NCBI GenBank assembly: GCA_963798345.1
Contig: CAWCSW010000020.1
Location: 8,855 to 72,854 of the forward strand
Origin: an uncultured Verrucomicrobiae bacterium
GTDB lineage: Bacteria; Verrucomicrobiota; Verrucomicrobiia; Chthoniobacterales; Chthoniobacteraceae
Direction: 5' to 3'
Length of the DNA stretch: 64,000 nucleotides
Made by a program: the position numbers and the translations under genes. Positions 29,155-41,200 of this stretch are shown here, in pieces (positions within the stretch are counted from its first letter, which is position 1; each line of letters opens with the position of its first letter). The notes below the pieces were generated by a model. It saw nothing but the letters and a program-made list of their open reading frames with translations. It had not been told where the DNA came from and did not search any database.

Positions 29155-30045
29155 ATGCCCCGAAAAACGCCCTTGCGCACTGACGTCCATTCGCTCGGTA
29201 GAGCCCGCACGGGCGTCAGCGGTCTCGGCGAAATTACGGGCGGCGGGTTACCAGCTGGCAGGCCCACCCTCGTTTCCGCCCGTGCGGGTACGGGCAAAAG
29301 GACGTTTGTCGTCGAGTTCCTCGATGCGCGGTGCGATGGATTTTGGCGAGCGAGTTGTTATTATAACGTTCGAGGGAAACGCCGAAGAGTTGACGGCCAA
29401 CCTCCGCTCGCTCGGGTTCGATCTCGCCCAGCTCACGGCGCTGAAGAGAATCGTCATAGATTGGGTTCATACCAATAGCAGCGAATTCGAGGAGCCTGGC
29501 GAACTTGATCTGGAAGGGCTCTTCATCCGGCCGGGCAACGTGATTGACTTGATTGGGGCGAAGTGCGTCGTCCTCGATACTGTGGAAGCGCTTTTCGCGG
29601 GGCCGCCCAACGAGAGTGTCCTGCGCGTGGAGTTGCGCCGGCTTTTCCGCTGGTTGAAGGATCGCGGGATTCCCGCGGTGATCACCGGTGAGAAAGGCGA
29701 CGGGACGCTTAGCCGCCATGGACTGGAGGAATATGTAGCCGATTGCTTGATCTCCCTGGACCACCACATGACCGCGCAAATTTCCACGCGCAGACTGCGC
29801 GTCATCAAGTATCTCGATTTCGCCCATGGGACGAACGAATACCCTTTCCTCATCGGATAACGCGGCATCTCGGACCTGCCGATCACCGCATTGCGGCTCG
29901 ACCACACGGCTCCGAGCGAACGCGTGTCCGCGGGCATCGCGGGGCTCGACAAAATGCTCGGCGGGCGCGGTGTTTTCCGCGGCGCGAACGTGCTCGTGTC
30001 GGGATCGCCAGACACAATCGTTCACTTAGTCCAAGCGCCGCCTAT
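29155..30045 (+). pseudogene. Second KaiC-like gene, degraded (two frameshifts, CII P-loop destroyed, 3' truncated)
   Basis: CI Walker A GVSGLGEITGGGLPAGRPTLVSARAGTGKRTFVVEFL (frame 1). CI continues in a second frame (FGERVVIITFEGNAEEL...DRGIPAVITGEKGDG...LRVIKYLDFAHG). The CI-CII linker and CII start lie in a third frame (ISDLPITALRLDHTAPSERVSAGIAGLDKMLGGRGVFRGANVLVSGSPD), where the P-loop GxPGTGKT is lost. No further homology follows. Confidence 0.65.
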
Positions 30046-30218
30046 TACTGACCAACGCGCAGGATTGAATCACCACCCGCTGCGGAGTCACCTACTGCCA
30101 AATACTGCCATTATCCCAGTTTTTGAGCGCTTTTGGGGGTTGAAAACGGACGTCAAAGGCGGTAACTTACCCTGTCGCAATGAAAAACACCCGAGACACC
30201 TCGGGGTTTGTAATCAGC

Positions 30219-30250
30219 AGGTCGTCGGTTCGAATCCGTCTGCCGGCTCC
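30219..30250 (+). other. tRNA 3'-half-like remnant (variable loop, T-arm, acceptor 3' strand), no foldable 5' half
   Basis: AGGTCGTCGGTTCGAATCCGTCTGCCGGCTCC closely parallels the E. coli tRNA-fMet 3' end (AGGTCGTCGGTTCAAATCCGGCCCCCGCA) and has the canonical GGTTCGAATCC T-loop. I could not pair a 5' acceptor strand or an anticodon arm upstream. It lies 175 nt downstream of the KaiC-like pseudogene. Confidence 0.4.
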
Positions 30251-30433
30251 CCCCATATCGAAGGAATTGCGATTCGGAAAGCTTCCGAAACAAACCCGCG
30301 GATAATCTTTGTTCGCCTGTTGCTTGCCACTTCTGCGGCCCGGGAGCCCCAGTCTCCACCGCATGGCCCCGAGTTTAAAACCGCCCCCAAAATCGCCTTG
30401 GACTTGGGGGAGTGGATGGGGTTGTATTCTTCA

Positions 30434-31573
30434 ATGAAAAAACTCTTCCTCCTGGGGGTTGCCGGTCTGCTGGCAGTTTCTGCGCGCGCGGCAAATCTTC
30501 CCGGTGGTACGTTCATGAAGTTTGAGCAGGAGTGCAAGGCGTCCTTCGACGAACCGTGGCGTACGATTCCCTGGAAGATTTCGCTGCTGGAAGCGCAGAA
30601 GGTCGCGGCCCTGGAGAAGAAACCGATTTTCATCTGGGCCATGGATGGCCATCCCCTGGGCTGCACCTGAAACAACGGAGTGCTCGACCGTGCGTCGACC
30701 TTTTCCGATCCGGAGATCATTGCCTCCCTCAAGACCGACTTTATCCCCGTCGCCATAGACCAAGCCTACCAACGGCGGCAAAAAGACGCGGAAGGAGAGT
30801 TTTATCGCAAGATTGCGGGCCAGGGACCGCGCCGTAATTTCGACGACACAACCCAGGGATTGTATGTGGCCGGACCGGACGGCGCCTTGCTCGGGTTCAC
30901 CAACAATCGCGGGTCGGAAAGGGTTATGGAGTTGTTGAAGAAGGGGTTGGAGAAATACCAACCATCGGAGGTGGCTTCCATCAACCCTGGCAAGCTGGAC
31001 GCCCGCTACAACCCTCAACCTCCGGAAGGGGGGCTCGTGATTCGCGTTCAGGCCAAAGTCATGGGGGGTTACAAAAAGGCGGACGACAAATGGGAAGCGA
31101 TCTTTCAGACGTCGGTCTCACGCGACAACCTCTGGATCACCGAAGAAGAACATGAGGCTCTGGTGAAAGGGTCATTTCCCAAGACCCTCCAGGAACGAAT
31201 CGCGCGGTTTCATCTCGTGGACAATACCCGCGGTGAGCCACCGATGTGGAGCCAAGACGAGATCAGCCATCTGAACATCGACGTAAAGAATGGACTCATC
31301 GAAGGGACGGCCGGTCTGCGGACGAAGTCGAATGATCGAGGCTACGATGCGCGCCTGAGAGGGAACATAGACGTGAAGGAGGGTAAGTTGTCGCGGTTCG
31401 AGATGATCTCGGAGGGGGAATTCTGGGGGCACGGCCCGTACACGCAAAACCCGCCATCGGGAAAGTTTCCCCTCGCCATTTCCTTTACCCTGGCGGATGG
31501 GACGGACGTCGCGGACGCCATTCCGCCGCAGGCTTCGAGGGGCTGGGTGCAGGGTTATCTGAAGCCTGATTGA
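30434..31573 (+). CDS. Secreted thioredoxin-fold (Thioredoxin_7/DUF255-like) protein with in-frame TGA at 30668-30670. Candidate selenoprotein; otherwise a nonsense pseudogene
   Basis: Signal peptide MKKLFLLGVAGLLAVSARA. The Trx-fold beta1 KPIFIWAMDGHPLGCT is followed immediately by TGA. The same frame continues NNGVLDRASTFSDPEIIASLKTDFIPVAIDQ...GLYVAGPDGALLGF, which matches the post-CxxC part of DUF255-type domains ([31 protein letters not shown]). The TGA therefore sits at the redox-motif position. An imperfect hairpin begins 9-14 nt downstream (GGAGUGCUCGACCGUGCGUCGACCUUUUCC). Confidence 0.5.
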
Positions 31574-31744
31574 TTTTTCTTGGGCAGAGACTGATCGACA
31601 AAAAACAATCCACCGGATTCTCGATCGCAGCCCCGGAGGAAAGCCGCAGTCGGGAGCTGGTGACACGATGAACGTGTGCCCTTCCGACCCAGTAATCCTG
31701 ACCCAAGATTGGCACGAAGGCTGTTATGCTGAGCGTTTTCCATC

Positions 31745-32230
31745 ATGCTGCTCCCAAACAGATCGCTTCCGACTCAAAAACCCCAATCGGTCGATCACGC
31801 CGTTTCAAATCGATCATCGCGCACGATCGCAGTTGCCCCTCAGAACGCATCGGGTCCCACACAGAGAGTCTTGCTGCTCGACGACCAGGCAGATTTTCGT
31901 GACGCGATTGAGGAATACCTCGTATCCCGTCTGTACGAGATCACCGCGGTGAGCAACGGAGCCGAAGGCCTTCGGAAAATCATGAACGGCTCTTTCGACT
32001 TGATCATTTGCGACATGATGATGCCGCAGGTCGGGGGCGAGATGTTTTATTGGGCGGTGACTCGAGTCCGGGCGGCCGCGGCCTTACGGTTTATCTTCAT
32101 CACCGGACACCAGAACGACCCGAAAATTCAGAGCTTTTTCCAACGGGTAAACGCGACCGTTCTAATCAAGCCATTTGCCCTCGAGGACCTTAATTCGGCA
32201 ATTGTGGCCGTCGAAAAGAAACTCCTCTGA
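31745..32230 (+). CDS. Single-domain response regulator (CheY-like REC), N-terminal extension uncertain
   Basis: RVLLLDDQADFRDAIEEYL...FDLIICDMMMPQVGGEMF...FIFITGH...IKPF. The true start may lie downstream of 31745. Confidence 0.6.
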   Translation: MLLPNRSLPTQKPQSVDHAVSNRSSRTIAVAPQNASGPTQRVLLLDDQADFRDAIEEYLVSRLYEITAVSNGAEGLRKIMNGSFDLIICDMMMPQVGGEMFYWAVTRVRAAAALRFIFITGHQNDPKIQSFFQRVNATVLIKPFALEDLNSAIVAVEKKLL

Positions 32231-32303
32231 CTGCTGAGCCGCGAGGTGGGCGCGTAAGCCCTACCCATTCGCGGCCCGCCGACAGGACACCACGGCTCTC
32301 AGC

Positions 32304-33689
32304 CTATCGGCTCGCGGGACGCAACGTCGAGACCAGGAGTGCCAGACCCGCAGTCTGCGTATTAAAATTATGCGATTGATCCTCCGCGCCGGCCTGCCAG
32401 GAAACTGTAAACTCACCATTTTCCGCGATGCTATGCGTCAGCATCGAGGCCGCACTGCGGCGAAGGACGCCATCGATCTGAGTTGCCGTCGCCTGATGTA
32501 GTTTATGTGCGATCAGCACGTCTCGTAAGTGACCGAGATAACGGGCGAAAACTCCTTTGAATAAACCCGGATCCCAACCGCTGGTGCCCAGCTTTTCGAC
32601 CATGACCTTATCCTCGCGCACGAGGCCTGATCGCTCGATCATCGCCTCTACGGCCGACGCGGCTTCGCCCAAGAATTGCCTGTCACCAGTCGCCTCGGAC
32701 ATGGCTGTCAGTCCGCCCAGATACGTGCCTTGGTTGTAAGTCCAATAGTCGCCTTCGTGCTTGGGTGCGTCGACCACTCCGGTGCCATCAAAGAGGCGTT
32801 GCTCACGAATCCAGGCCAGTGACCGCTCCGCCCAGTCGAGATAGGATTGCTCACCGGTCTGCTGACGCAAGCGTGCTGATAGGATCAAATACAGATTGTT
32901 GGTGATGGCATTGGGCACCTGCTTGTCAGCGTCCTCGGCCCACATGACGCCGCCACCTTTCTCTGGCCGCCAATTTCGCGTCATATGCGCGTGGATCGCC
33001 CGCGCAGTTGCCAGGTATTTCGGATCGCGCGTTCGGGTGTACATCTTTAACCAGGCGATTCCCCACCATCCTGAATCGTCGAGATATTCGTTGCGAAACT
33101 CGACGTAATGTTCGTTCTCGAGGGCCCGCGAAGGCGGAGTATCCAAGTCAGCCTTTCGTTTCTGCCAGCGTACTTCGTCGGTATCGCTCCACTGTTTCCG
33201 CCGCTTCAATTCCGTAACCATCGGGGCGAACTCGCGCCTATAATCGCGATGACGCTCGTAAAGTTGATCGATGGTCACGTCGAAATCGTTCGCGCCCGTG
33301 GCATTCATGAAATCGATCATGGTTTCGACCGCATTGGCTGAGGACCACCAGGGCGGATTGCGCCGTCCGTCGAAATGGCCGCGCACGTCATCCCCTTCGC
33401 GATCGAGCCAAATGCGCAACGTGGGTGACCAGTAAAGTTTGTTGAGCGTACCGAATCCGGAGCGGATGCGGGCAATGATCGCAGCACTGTCCGGAAACGG
33501 CGCCTCCGTCTGACTCCACCCTGAAAGGATCATCGTCAGGAACAGGGCCAGGAAGGCCGGGAAGAAACAGGGAGTCATTCGATTATTGTTCGCGTGAGTC
33601 ACCACCGTACCCAAGCGCGAATATCGCGCGAAGAAACTCTTTCGCGAATCCGAATTCCCGACCACCATCCACCCCCTGATTCGTATCAC
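32304..33689 (-). CDS. Glycoside hydrolase family 76-like (alpha-1,6-mannanase family) protein, secreted
   Basis: GH76-like WW motifs: NPPWWSSANAVETMIDF and DDSGWWGIAWLKMY. N-terminal signal/TM (FFPAFLALFLTMILSGWSQT). Assignment from memory of GH76 motifs. Confidence 0.55.
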   Translation of the reverse strand: MIRIRGWMVVGNSDSRKSFFARYSRLGTVVTHANNNRMTPCFFPAFLALFLTMILSGWSQTEAPFPDSAAIIARIRSGFGTLNKLYWSPTLRIWLDREGDDVRGHFDGRRNPPWWSSANAVETMIDFMNATGANDFDVTIDQLYERHRDYRREFAPMVTELKRRKQWSDTDEVRWQKRKADLDTPPSRALENEHYVEFRNEYLDDSGWWGIAWLKMYTRTRDPKYLATARAIHAHMTRNWRPEKGGGVMWAEDADKQVPNAITNNLYLILSARLRQQTGEQSYLDWAERSLAWIREQRLFDGTGVVDAPKHEGDYWTYNQGTYLGGLTAMSEATGDRQFLGEAASAVEAMIERSGLVREDKVMVEKLGTSGWDPGLFKGVFARYLGHLRDVLIAHKLHQATATQIDGVLRRSAASMLTHSIAENGEFTVSWQAGAEDQSHNFNTQTAGLALLVSTLRPASR

Positions 33690-33696
33690 CCCTCCG

Positions 33697-34437
33697 ATGA
33701 CGACGCGCCTCAGATCAAAACGTATGCCAGCGATGTTGTGGCTGGCTGCGCTCGGATTTCTGGTCGCAGTGATCCTATTCCCTGTTAGCTATCGCATCAC
33801 CCGGGCGGCCAGCCTCGTACTCGGTTTCACCGTCTGGTTCGGACTGATCGGCTTGGTCTGGAAACGACGCTGGGTACGGTTCGGGCTCCTTGGCTTGACC
33901 GTTCTTTGCGTCGCGTGCCTGGCAATTCCATCGAACAAATCGATCGCTCCGGATGATCTGCGCACCGCCTACCTCGCGTGCCTGAATCGATACAAAGGCG
34001 TCCCCTACTACTGGGGCGGCGAGAGCAGTCGGGGGATCGATTGTTCCGGGCTGATTCGCCGCGGACTCATCGACGCATTGGTTCACCACGGAATTCGCAC
34101 GCTTGATGCCGGACTGGTGCGGCGCGCAATCGGACTGTGGTGGGACGACTGCACTGCAAGTGCACTGGGCGAGCAGCACCATGGTCTGACCACTCGCCTG
34201 CTCGAAACTCCCAGCATCAACACCCTCGATCATAGCCTAATCGCGCCCGGCGATCTCGCGGTGACCGACAGTGGTGTCCACATCATGGCGTACCTCGGCG
34301 ACCACCGCTGGATTGAGGCCGACCCGGACGCGCACCGAGTAATTGTCGTCACGGCGCCAGCGGCGAACAACACGTGGTTTCAAACGCCGATGCGAATCGT
34401 TCGATGGACAATTCTCCAGGAGCCCTCATTGCATTAG
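33697..34437 (+). CDS. NlpC/P60 (C40) family peptidase with N-terminal TM segments
   Basis: YKGVPYYWGGESSRGIDCSGLIRRGL (catalytic Cys) and a downstream His (GVHIMAYLGDHRWIEAD). Two N-terminal TM helices. Confidence 0.7.
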   Translation: MTTRLRSKRMPAMLWLAALGFLVAVILFPVSYRITRAASLVLGFTVWFGLIGLVWKRRWVRFGLLGLTVLCVACLAIPSNKSIAPDDLRTAYLACLNRYKGVPYYWGGESSRGIDCSGLIRRGLIDALVHHGIRTLDAGLVRRAIGLWWDDCTASALGEQHHGLTTRLLETPSINTLDHSLIAPGDLAVTDSGVHIMAYLGDHRWIEADPDAHRVIVVTAPAANNTWFQTPMRIVRWTILQEPSLH

Positions 34438-34447
34438 CCGCGCAATA

Positions 34448-37400
34448 TTAGCCATCCATCCACGGCCGGAGCCGGGTCTTGATATCTTCGGTCATGCTAA
34501 TGCGCAGGTGGGCGTCCGGGACAAGACGGAGTTGGGAGCCGTCTTCGCCGCGGAACACGAACTCCACCTGACGATTCCCGGGATTCGTAATCATCGCTTC
34601 GTGGACGACGGCCAAATCGGATTCGGTGGTCTTCTGGCGGTCGAAGTTCAGCACCACCGGCTTTTCCACGACCGGCTTCTTCAGCGGCTTGACTTCGGTG
34701 GCGGCGATGCGCACTCCCTCCCCTCGCAAGTCGAGACGACCGGTCACCGAAACGACGCCTCCCAGAACCAGATGCTGCTGCGCCTTGAGATATGTCTCGC
34801 TCCACACCATGATCTCGAGCTGATCGGTGAGATCCTCGACGACGATGACGGCAAAAGGCTTCGACTCCTTTTTGGTGAATTTCTTGTCGATTTGGATCAG
34901 GGCTCCGGCGATGGAAACCGTGCTCTTATCTTCCTGCTCCGCCAATCGCATAATAGGAATGAACCGATCGCTCTCGAGGGCCGGGCGGTATTCGTCCAAA
35001 GGATGTCCCGTGACATAAAAGCCAAGCAATTCCTTCTCGAAAGCCAGCTTCTCATTCTGCGGCCAGGGCGGGATCGCCGCGGTGCCACGGACAGTTGGTG
35101 CGGCCGCCGTCTCGAAAACATCGAACATCGAAATCTGGCCGGCGGCACGGTCGCGATGTGCGCTCGAGGCGGCGGCGATGGCGCCATCAATGGCAGCGAA
35201 CAATTGCGCGCGTTCGACGCCGGCAAAATCAAAGGCGCCGCATTTCACGAGACATTCGATCGCCTTTTTACTGATCTTCCGCGAATCGACGCGGGAGCAG
35301 AAGTTCTCGAGTGACTCGAACGGCCCATCTTTTGTGCGTTCTTCCAATGCGGCCACCATCGCGGATTCACCGACGTTTTTGATTGCGGCCAGCCCGAAAC
35401 GGATCGCACCCAAACGCGGCTTCTCCGGTGGTGCCTCGGCGCTGCCATTTTCTGGTGTTCGTTTCGCCGTTTTCGCTTTCCGGCGCCCTTTTACTGGTTT
35501 TTCGTCGGACAGCTCCGCGAAGCGAACACCGGCCGGTTCATGGTCGTCAACAGTGGCAATTGGCGATGCGTCCGCCGCTGCGGCGGGATCCACTCGTTTC
35601 CGGGCCACCTTCAACGCCTCGACCCCTTCGTTGTTGATTTCGGCCGGTTCGAACTTCAGACCCGCGAGATTGAGATCCGGCGGGAGAATCCGAATTCCCA
35701 ACCGTTCGCACTCGGCCACAAACACGCTGATTTTGTCCGTGTTCGAGACTTCGTTACTCATGACCGCAGCCATAAACTCGACCGGATAGTTAGCCTTGAG
35801 ATATGCCGTTTGATAACTAATCCAGGCGTAGGCGGCGGAGTGTGAACGGTTAAAACCATAGCCGGCAAATTTCTCGAGAGTGTCGAATACCTGATCGGCG
35901 GTTTCCGCCTTGATCCCGTGCAATTTCGCGCACCCTTCCCGAAATTTTACGCGCTCCTTGGCCATCTTTTCCTTGTCCTTCTTGCCCATCGCGCGGCGAA
36001 GCAAATCAGCGCCACCGAGCGTGTAGCCGGCCATCACCTGCGCGGCCTGCATCACCTGTTCCTGATAGATGAGCACGCCGTAAGTTTCCCTGGTCACGCC
36101 ATCGAGCAACTTGTGCGGGGCCTTGACCTTGGCCAGACCCTTCTTCCGCTTCACATAATCAGGGATGAGATCCATGGGGCCCGGACGATAGAGCGCGAGG
36201 ATGCGCGTTGATGTCCTCGATGTCGCTGACATCGAATTGCCGGCACACATTCACCATCCCACCGGATTCGACCTGGAAAACCGCAATGGTTTCACCCCGA
36301 TTATAGATGTCGAAGGTCGGCTGGTCATCAAGCGGGATCCGATCGATATCAAAGTCCGGCGTGTGTTTATGAATGAGCGCCACGGCATCGGTGATGACCG
36401 TGAGTGTCTTGAGCCCGAGAAAATCGCACTTCAACATACCCACTTCGGTCAGCGGACCCATGGCGTATTGGCTGACGATCGAGCCGTCATTGGCGCGGGT
36501 CAGTGGAATGTAATCCGACAGGTCGCGGTCGCCGATGACCACGCCGGCCGCATGCACGCCGACGCCGCGTGTCAACCCTTCGAGCTTGGACGCGGTTTCC
36601 CAAAGCTGAGCCGTGGCCGGTTCGTTCTCGACGGCTTGCTTCAACTCCGGGTTCTTGTCGATGGCTCCGGGGATATGCTCGATGGTGCCGGTTTCCTTGT
36701 TGGTTTTGTCCAGGCCGGTGAGCGTAATACCCAGCTCGTTCGGGATCATTTTCGCCACCCGATCCGCATCTCCATAACTCCACCCCATCACGCGCGCGAC
36801 ATCACGGATAACGGATTTCGCGCCGAGCGTGCCAAACGTGATGATCTGCGACACCGCGCGCTCGCCGTATTTTTGCCGCACGTAATCGATGACTTCGCCA
36901 CGGCGATTGACGCAAAAATCAACATCGATATCCGGCGGTGAGACGCGCTCGGGATTGAGGAAGCGTTCGAACAGAAGCTTGAACTTTAACGGATCGATAT
37001 CAGTGATCCCCATGGCATAGGCGACCATCGATCCGGCGGCCGAACCGCGCCCGGGACCAACTGGAATACCCTGCCTTCGCGCCCAATCTATGAAGTCCCA
37101 GACGATGAGAAAGTAATTCGTAAATCCCTGCTTCTCGAGCACGCCGATCTCGAATTCGAATCGCTTTTGCACGTCCTCCGAATCCGCCGCGGCGCCATAC
37201 CGTTTGTGCAGCCCCTCGGCAACAATCTCGCGCAAATACTGATTCTGGGTCTTTCCCTTGGGCGGCGTGTAAAGCGGATACTTGGGGGTGGTATCGAGTT
37301 GGAATCCGCAGCGCTCGGCGATGGTCAGCGTGTTATCACAGGCCTCGGGGAATTCACGGAACAACTCGCGCATTTCCGCCGGTGATTTGAAATAGACTTC

Positions 37401-38132
37401 CGGCACATAATGCAGCCGGCGCTCGTCGGTGACATTTGCGCCCGTCCCGATACAAATCATCGCGTCGTGCGCGCCGTGATCTTCACGATTGAGGAAATGG
37501 ACATCGTTGGCCGCGACCAGCTCGAGACCGAGATCCCGGGCCAGGCGCGGCAACACGGCATTGGTTTTCCGCTGCTGTTCGAGGCCGTGATCGTGCATCT
37601 CGAGAAAGAAATTCTCCGGCCCGAGCATATCCCGATACATGGCCGCGATGCCGCGCGCTTTGGCATAATCATCGTCCTGATGCAGGGCCATGGCGACCTC
37701 ACCCTTGAGACACCCGCTGAGGGCGATCAAACCTTTCGCATACTTCGCGAGATGCTCATGATCAATGCGCGGCTTGTAATACATGCCATCGAGCTGGCCG
37801 ATGGAAACCAGCTTCACGAGGTTTCGATAGCCTTCCGCATTTTCGGCCAGCAGCGTGAAGTGAAACGACGCGTCGCGCTGACTGAGCCCTTTCTTTTCAT
37901 GGAGCGAGCCTGGCGCCATATACACCTCGCAACCAATGATCGGTTTGATGCCGGCTTTCTCACCTTCCTGATAGAACTGGATCGCGCCGAACATGTTGCC
38001 GTGATCCGTGATGGCGACCGCCGGCATTCCGTAGTCCCCTGCTTTCTTCATGAGCGCCGGAATCCGCACCGCACCGTCGAGGGTGCTGTATTCGGTATGC
38101 AAATGGAGGTGAACGAACGAGTCGGCGGACAT
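34448..38132 (-). CDS. dnaE: DNA polymerase III alpha subunit (DnaE), split into two ORFs by an apparent 1-nt insertion near 36204
   Basis: N-terminal ORF 36159..38132: PHP domain MSADSFVHLHLHTEYSTLDGA..., ...GLKTLTVI..., ending IEDINAHPRALSS. C-terminal ORF 34448..36250 resumes ...RILALYRPGPMDLIPDY... Removing one C from gcgCatcctc restores IEDINAILALYRPGPM, which parallels E. coli EDMIALVALFRPGP. Confidence 0.85.
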
Positions 38133-38281
38133 GGAACTCGAACGTTAAATCAAGCGAGCCAACCCGTCAGCCAGTATTCGCGATGATGATCCCGCGCGGC
38201 ACCGACAATGGCGATCACTCGGCCTATGTTCGCCAGCAGAGGAAGTGAGCTGGCGCCCGGAGTTTTCGGGTCCTGAAACGG

Positions 38282-41200
38282 ATGCCAGATAGCCAGAGCG
38301 GGGCGATCTTCTCCCACGACACCTTCCGTTGGGACGCGCCGCCAATTCACCGTTCTGTGGCTGTTGCGAAAAGACGTCCGGCTCGATATTGTCGCCGCCG
38401 TATGAGAGTGTTTCCCCCAGCGCCTGAGCCCCTCGAGTCGCGAATTGCACCGGCATTTGGCGCCGTGTTCGACGTGTCCAGACTCACTGGGGCGAATGGA
38501 TTCGAGATCGACGGCGCAGCGGAGCGAGACTACACAGGCAGATCGGTGAGCAGCGCCGGCGACGTCAACGGCGATGGATTCGACGACATCCTGATTGGCG
38601 CTGAGAACGCCGACGCCAATGGAATCTACAACAGCGGCGCGTCCTACGTCGTCTTTGGCGCAGCGAGCGGTTTCCCGGCTGCGCTGAGTCTCGCAGCTCT
38701 CGATGGATCCAATGGATTCAGGATCGAGGGAACGGCGCAATTCGATCGATCTGGTTCGGCGGTAAGCAAGGCTGGCGATGTCAACGACGATGGGTTCGCC
38801 GATGTCGTTATTGCCGGGACGACCGGCTTCTATGTCCTGTTCGGCAAACAGAGCGGCTTTGCACCGTCGGTCAGCCTCACCACTCTCGATGGCCAAAATG
38901 GCTTCAAGATCAGCGGCGTCGAAATGTTCAACAATTTCCAAAGCGTCGGCGCGGCGGGCGATGTGAATGGGGACGGTTTCGACGACGTGATTGTCGGCGG
39001 TATTTATCCGTCCAATTTTGCAGGCGCGGCCTACGTTGTCTTCGGCAAGGCGGATGGATTTGCGCCCGACTTGAACGTGTCCGATCTCACCGGCTCTAAT
39101 GGCTTCCGACTCGATGGCAGCGCCAGCGGCGACGATGCGGGCATTTCCGTCAGCGGCGCGGGCGATATGAACGGCGACGGCTTTGACGATGTGATAGTCG
39201 GCGCCCATCGAGCCGCTTCGTTCAGCGGCGCGGCCTACATTGTATTTGGCAAAGCCGGCGGTTTCGCTGCCAGTCTCAGCCTTTCCGCGCTGAATGGTGA
39301 AAATGGCTTTAGCCTCGTTGGCGTTGCCCAAGGAGACCAAGCCGGGGCGGCGGTCGGGATCGCGGGCGATATCAATGCCGACGGCTTTGATGACGTCATC
39401 ATCGGCGCTCCAGGTTCGGATGCCAACGGCGATTACTCCGGTGCGGCTTATGTGGTTTTTGGGAAGGCAAGGCCTTTTGCCGCCAACTTGAGTTTGGCAG
39501 CTCTTGATGGCGCCAATGGATTCCGGATCAGCGGGGCAAATGGTACTCGTCTGGGCTCCTCCGTGAGTGGCGACGGTGATGTCAACGGCGACGGTTTCGA
39601 CGACGTAGTTGCGGGGTCATACAGTTTCGGTGGCACTCACGTGATCTACGGCAAGGCGGGCGGATTTTCCCCCGAGCTCAAGTCGGCCGAACTCGACGGT
39701 ACGAACGGCTTCCGCATCCAACATCCCGCCTCACGCGCGGACGCCAGTGTCGCAGGAGATATCAATAGGGACGGATTGGCGGACATCGTCGTGAGTGATT
39801 ATCTTGCGAACACCAATAGTGGCGGATTCGCCAGCGGCGCATCATGGGTCGTGTTGGGGCAGGTGCAGGAGGGCATTGATCTGCGGGTCAGCATTACGGA
39901 CAGCGCGATTTCGACGATGCCCGCGAACTCGCTGAACTACGTTCTCGACTACGCAAATACGGGGACGATCGCGGCCGCGGGCACGGTAATCACCGAGGTG
40001 CTCCCCACTGGGACTTCATTTCTGCCGGAGGAAAACCCTGGCTGGGCGCAAGCCGGCGACATGCTCACCTACCAAGTCGGCAGTCTTGCTCCTGGCGCCG
40101 GTGGAACGGCCATGCTTCTCCTTCACACGCTCTCGCCCGCGCCAGCCGGCGTGGCGCAAATCATCAGCACGGTCGCCATTTCTGATAATGGCGCCAACGG
40201 CTTGGATCGCGCGCCCAGCAACAATATCGCAACGGACGCAAACATACTCGACGCCGCGCCTGAGCTTTCGGTCGCGCTCGACGACGGAGTGACGGCGACC
40301 ACGCCGGGCGAGGCGGGCGTTTACACCGTTAACTATCGCAACGACGGGAACCAAGATGCGCGCGGTGTTGTCCTCACCGAGACGCTGCCGATTGGTGCGA
40401 CTTTCGATGCCGCGGCAAGCACTCCCGGCTGGACGGAGACGGCGATTGGTTCTGGCGTTTTCAAGCTCGACATCGGATCTCTCGCTGGCGGAGGTGCAAG
40501 TGGGGTCGCGCTTTTTGCGATCACCCTTGGGAAACCCGCCGCAGCTGGTCTCGACGAAATCGTCAGCACCGTCGGCATCGCCGATGACGGCGCGAACGGA
40601 TCCGACCCTTCACCTGCCAACAACGTGGCAACCGATTCCGACGCGCTCGATGCGGCGCCCGACCTCACGATTGAAGTAACTAACGCGATCAACTCGACAG
40701 CGCCCGGCTCCACGCTCGCTTACACCCTTCGCTATCGCAATGATGGCAACCAGGACGCCACTGGTGTGTTTCTGAGCGAAACGCTGCCAGCGGGCGCCAT
40801 TTTCAGCGTGGCGGGGAGCACGGACGGCTGGACGGAAACGGCGCCGGGCTCGCACGTCTATACGCTCCCGGTGGGACCGCTTGCAGGCGGCGGCACTGGG
40901 ATGGCGAACTTCGTGGTCATCCTGGAGGACGTGGCCGCCGCTGGCGTGGAGCAAATCTCCAGCCGGGGCAGCATTGGCGATGATGGCGCCAACGGCTTGG
41001 ATCCGCGACCCGAGACCAATACCAGCACCGACGCCGACCTGCTCGGAGCCGCGCCAGATCTCATCCTCTCCGTCAGCGATGGACTGAGCGCGGCCGCTCC
41101 CGGTGCCACGCTCATTTACACGCTGGGCTATCGCAATGAGGGAAACCAAGATGCTACCGGCGTTGTCCTCACCGAAACGCTGCCCGATGGCGCCACTTTC

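Noticed and set aside
30159-30250. Attempt to fold a complete tRNA or tmRNA 3' end around the GGTTCGAATCC element
   Set aside because: Only the variable-loop, T-arm and 3' acceptor part matches. No complementary 5' acceptor strand, D-arm or anticodon arm could be paired by eye, so it is reported only as a remnant.
38150-39340. 396-aa minus-strand ORF
   Set aside because: Antisense shadow of the FG-GAP repeat region of the giant gene. Low-complexity Ala/Gly/Arg text with no recognisable domain.
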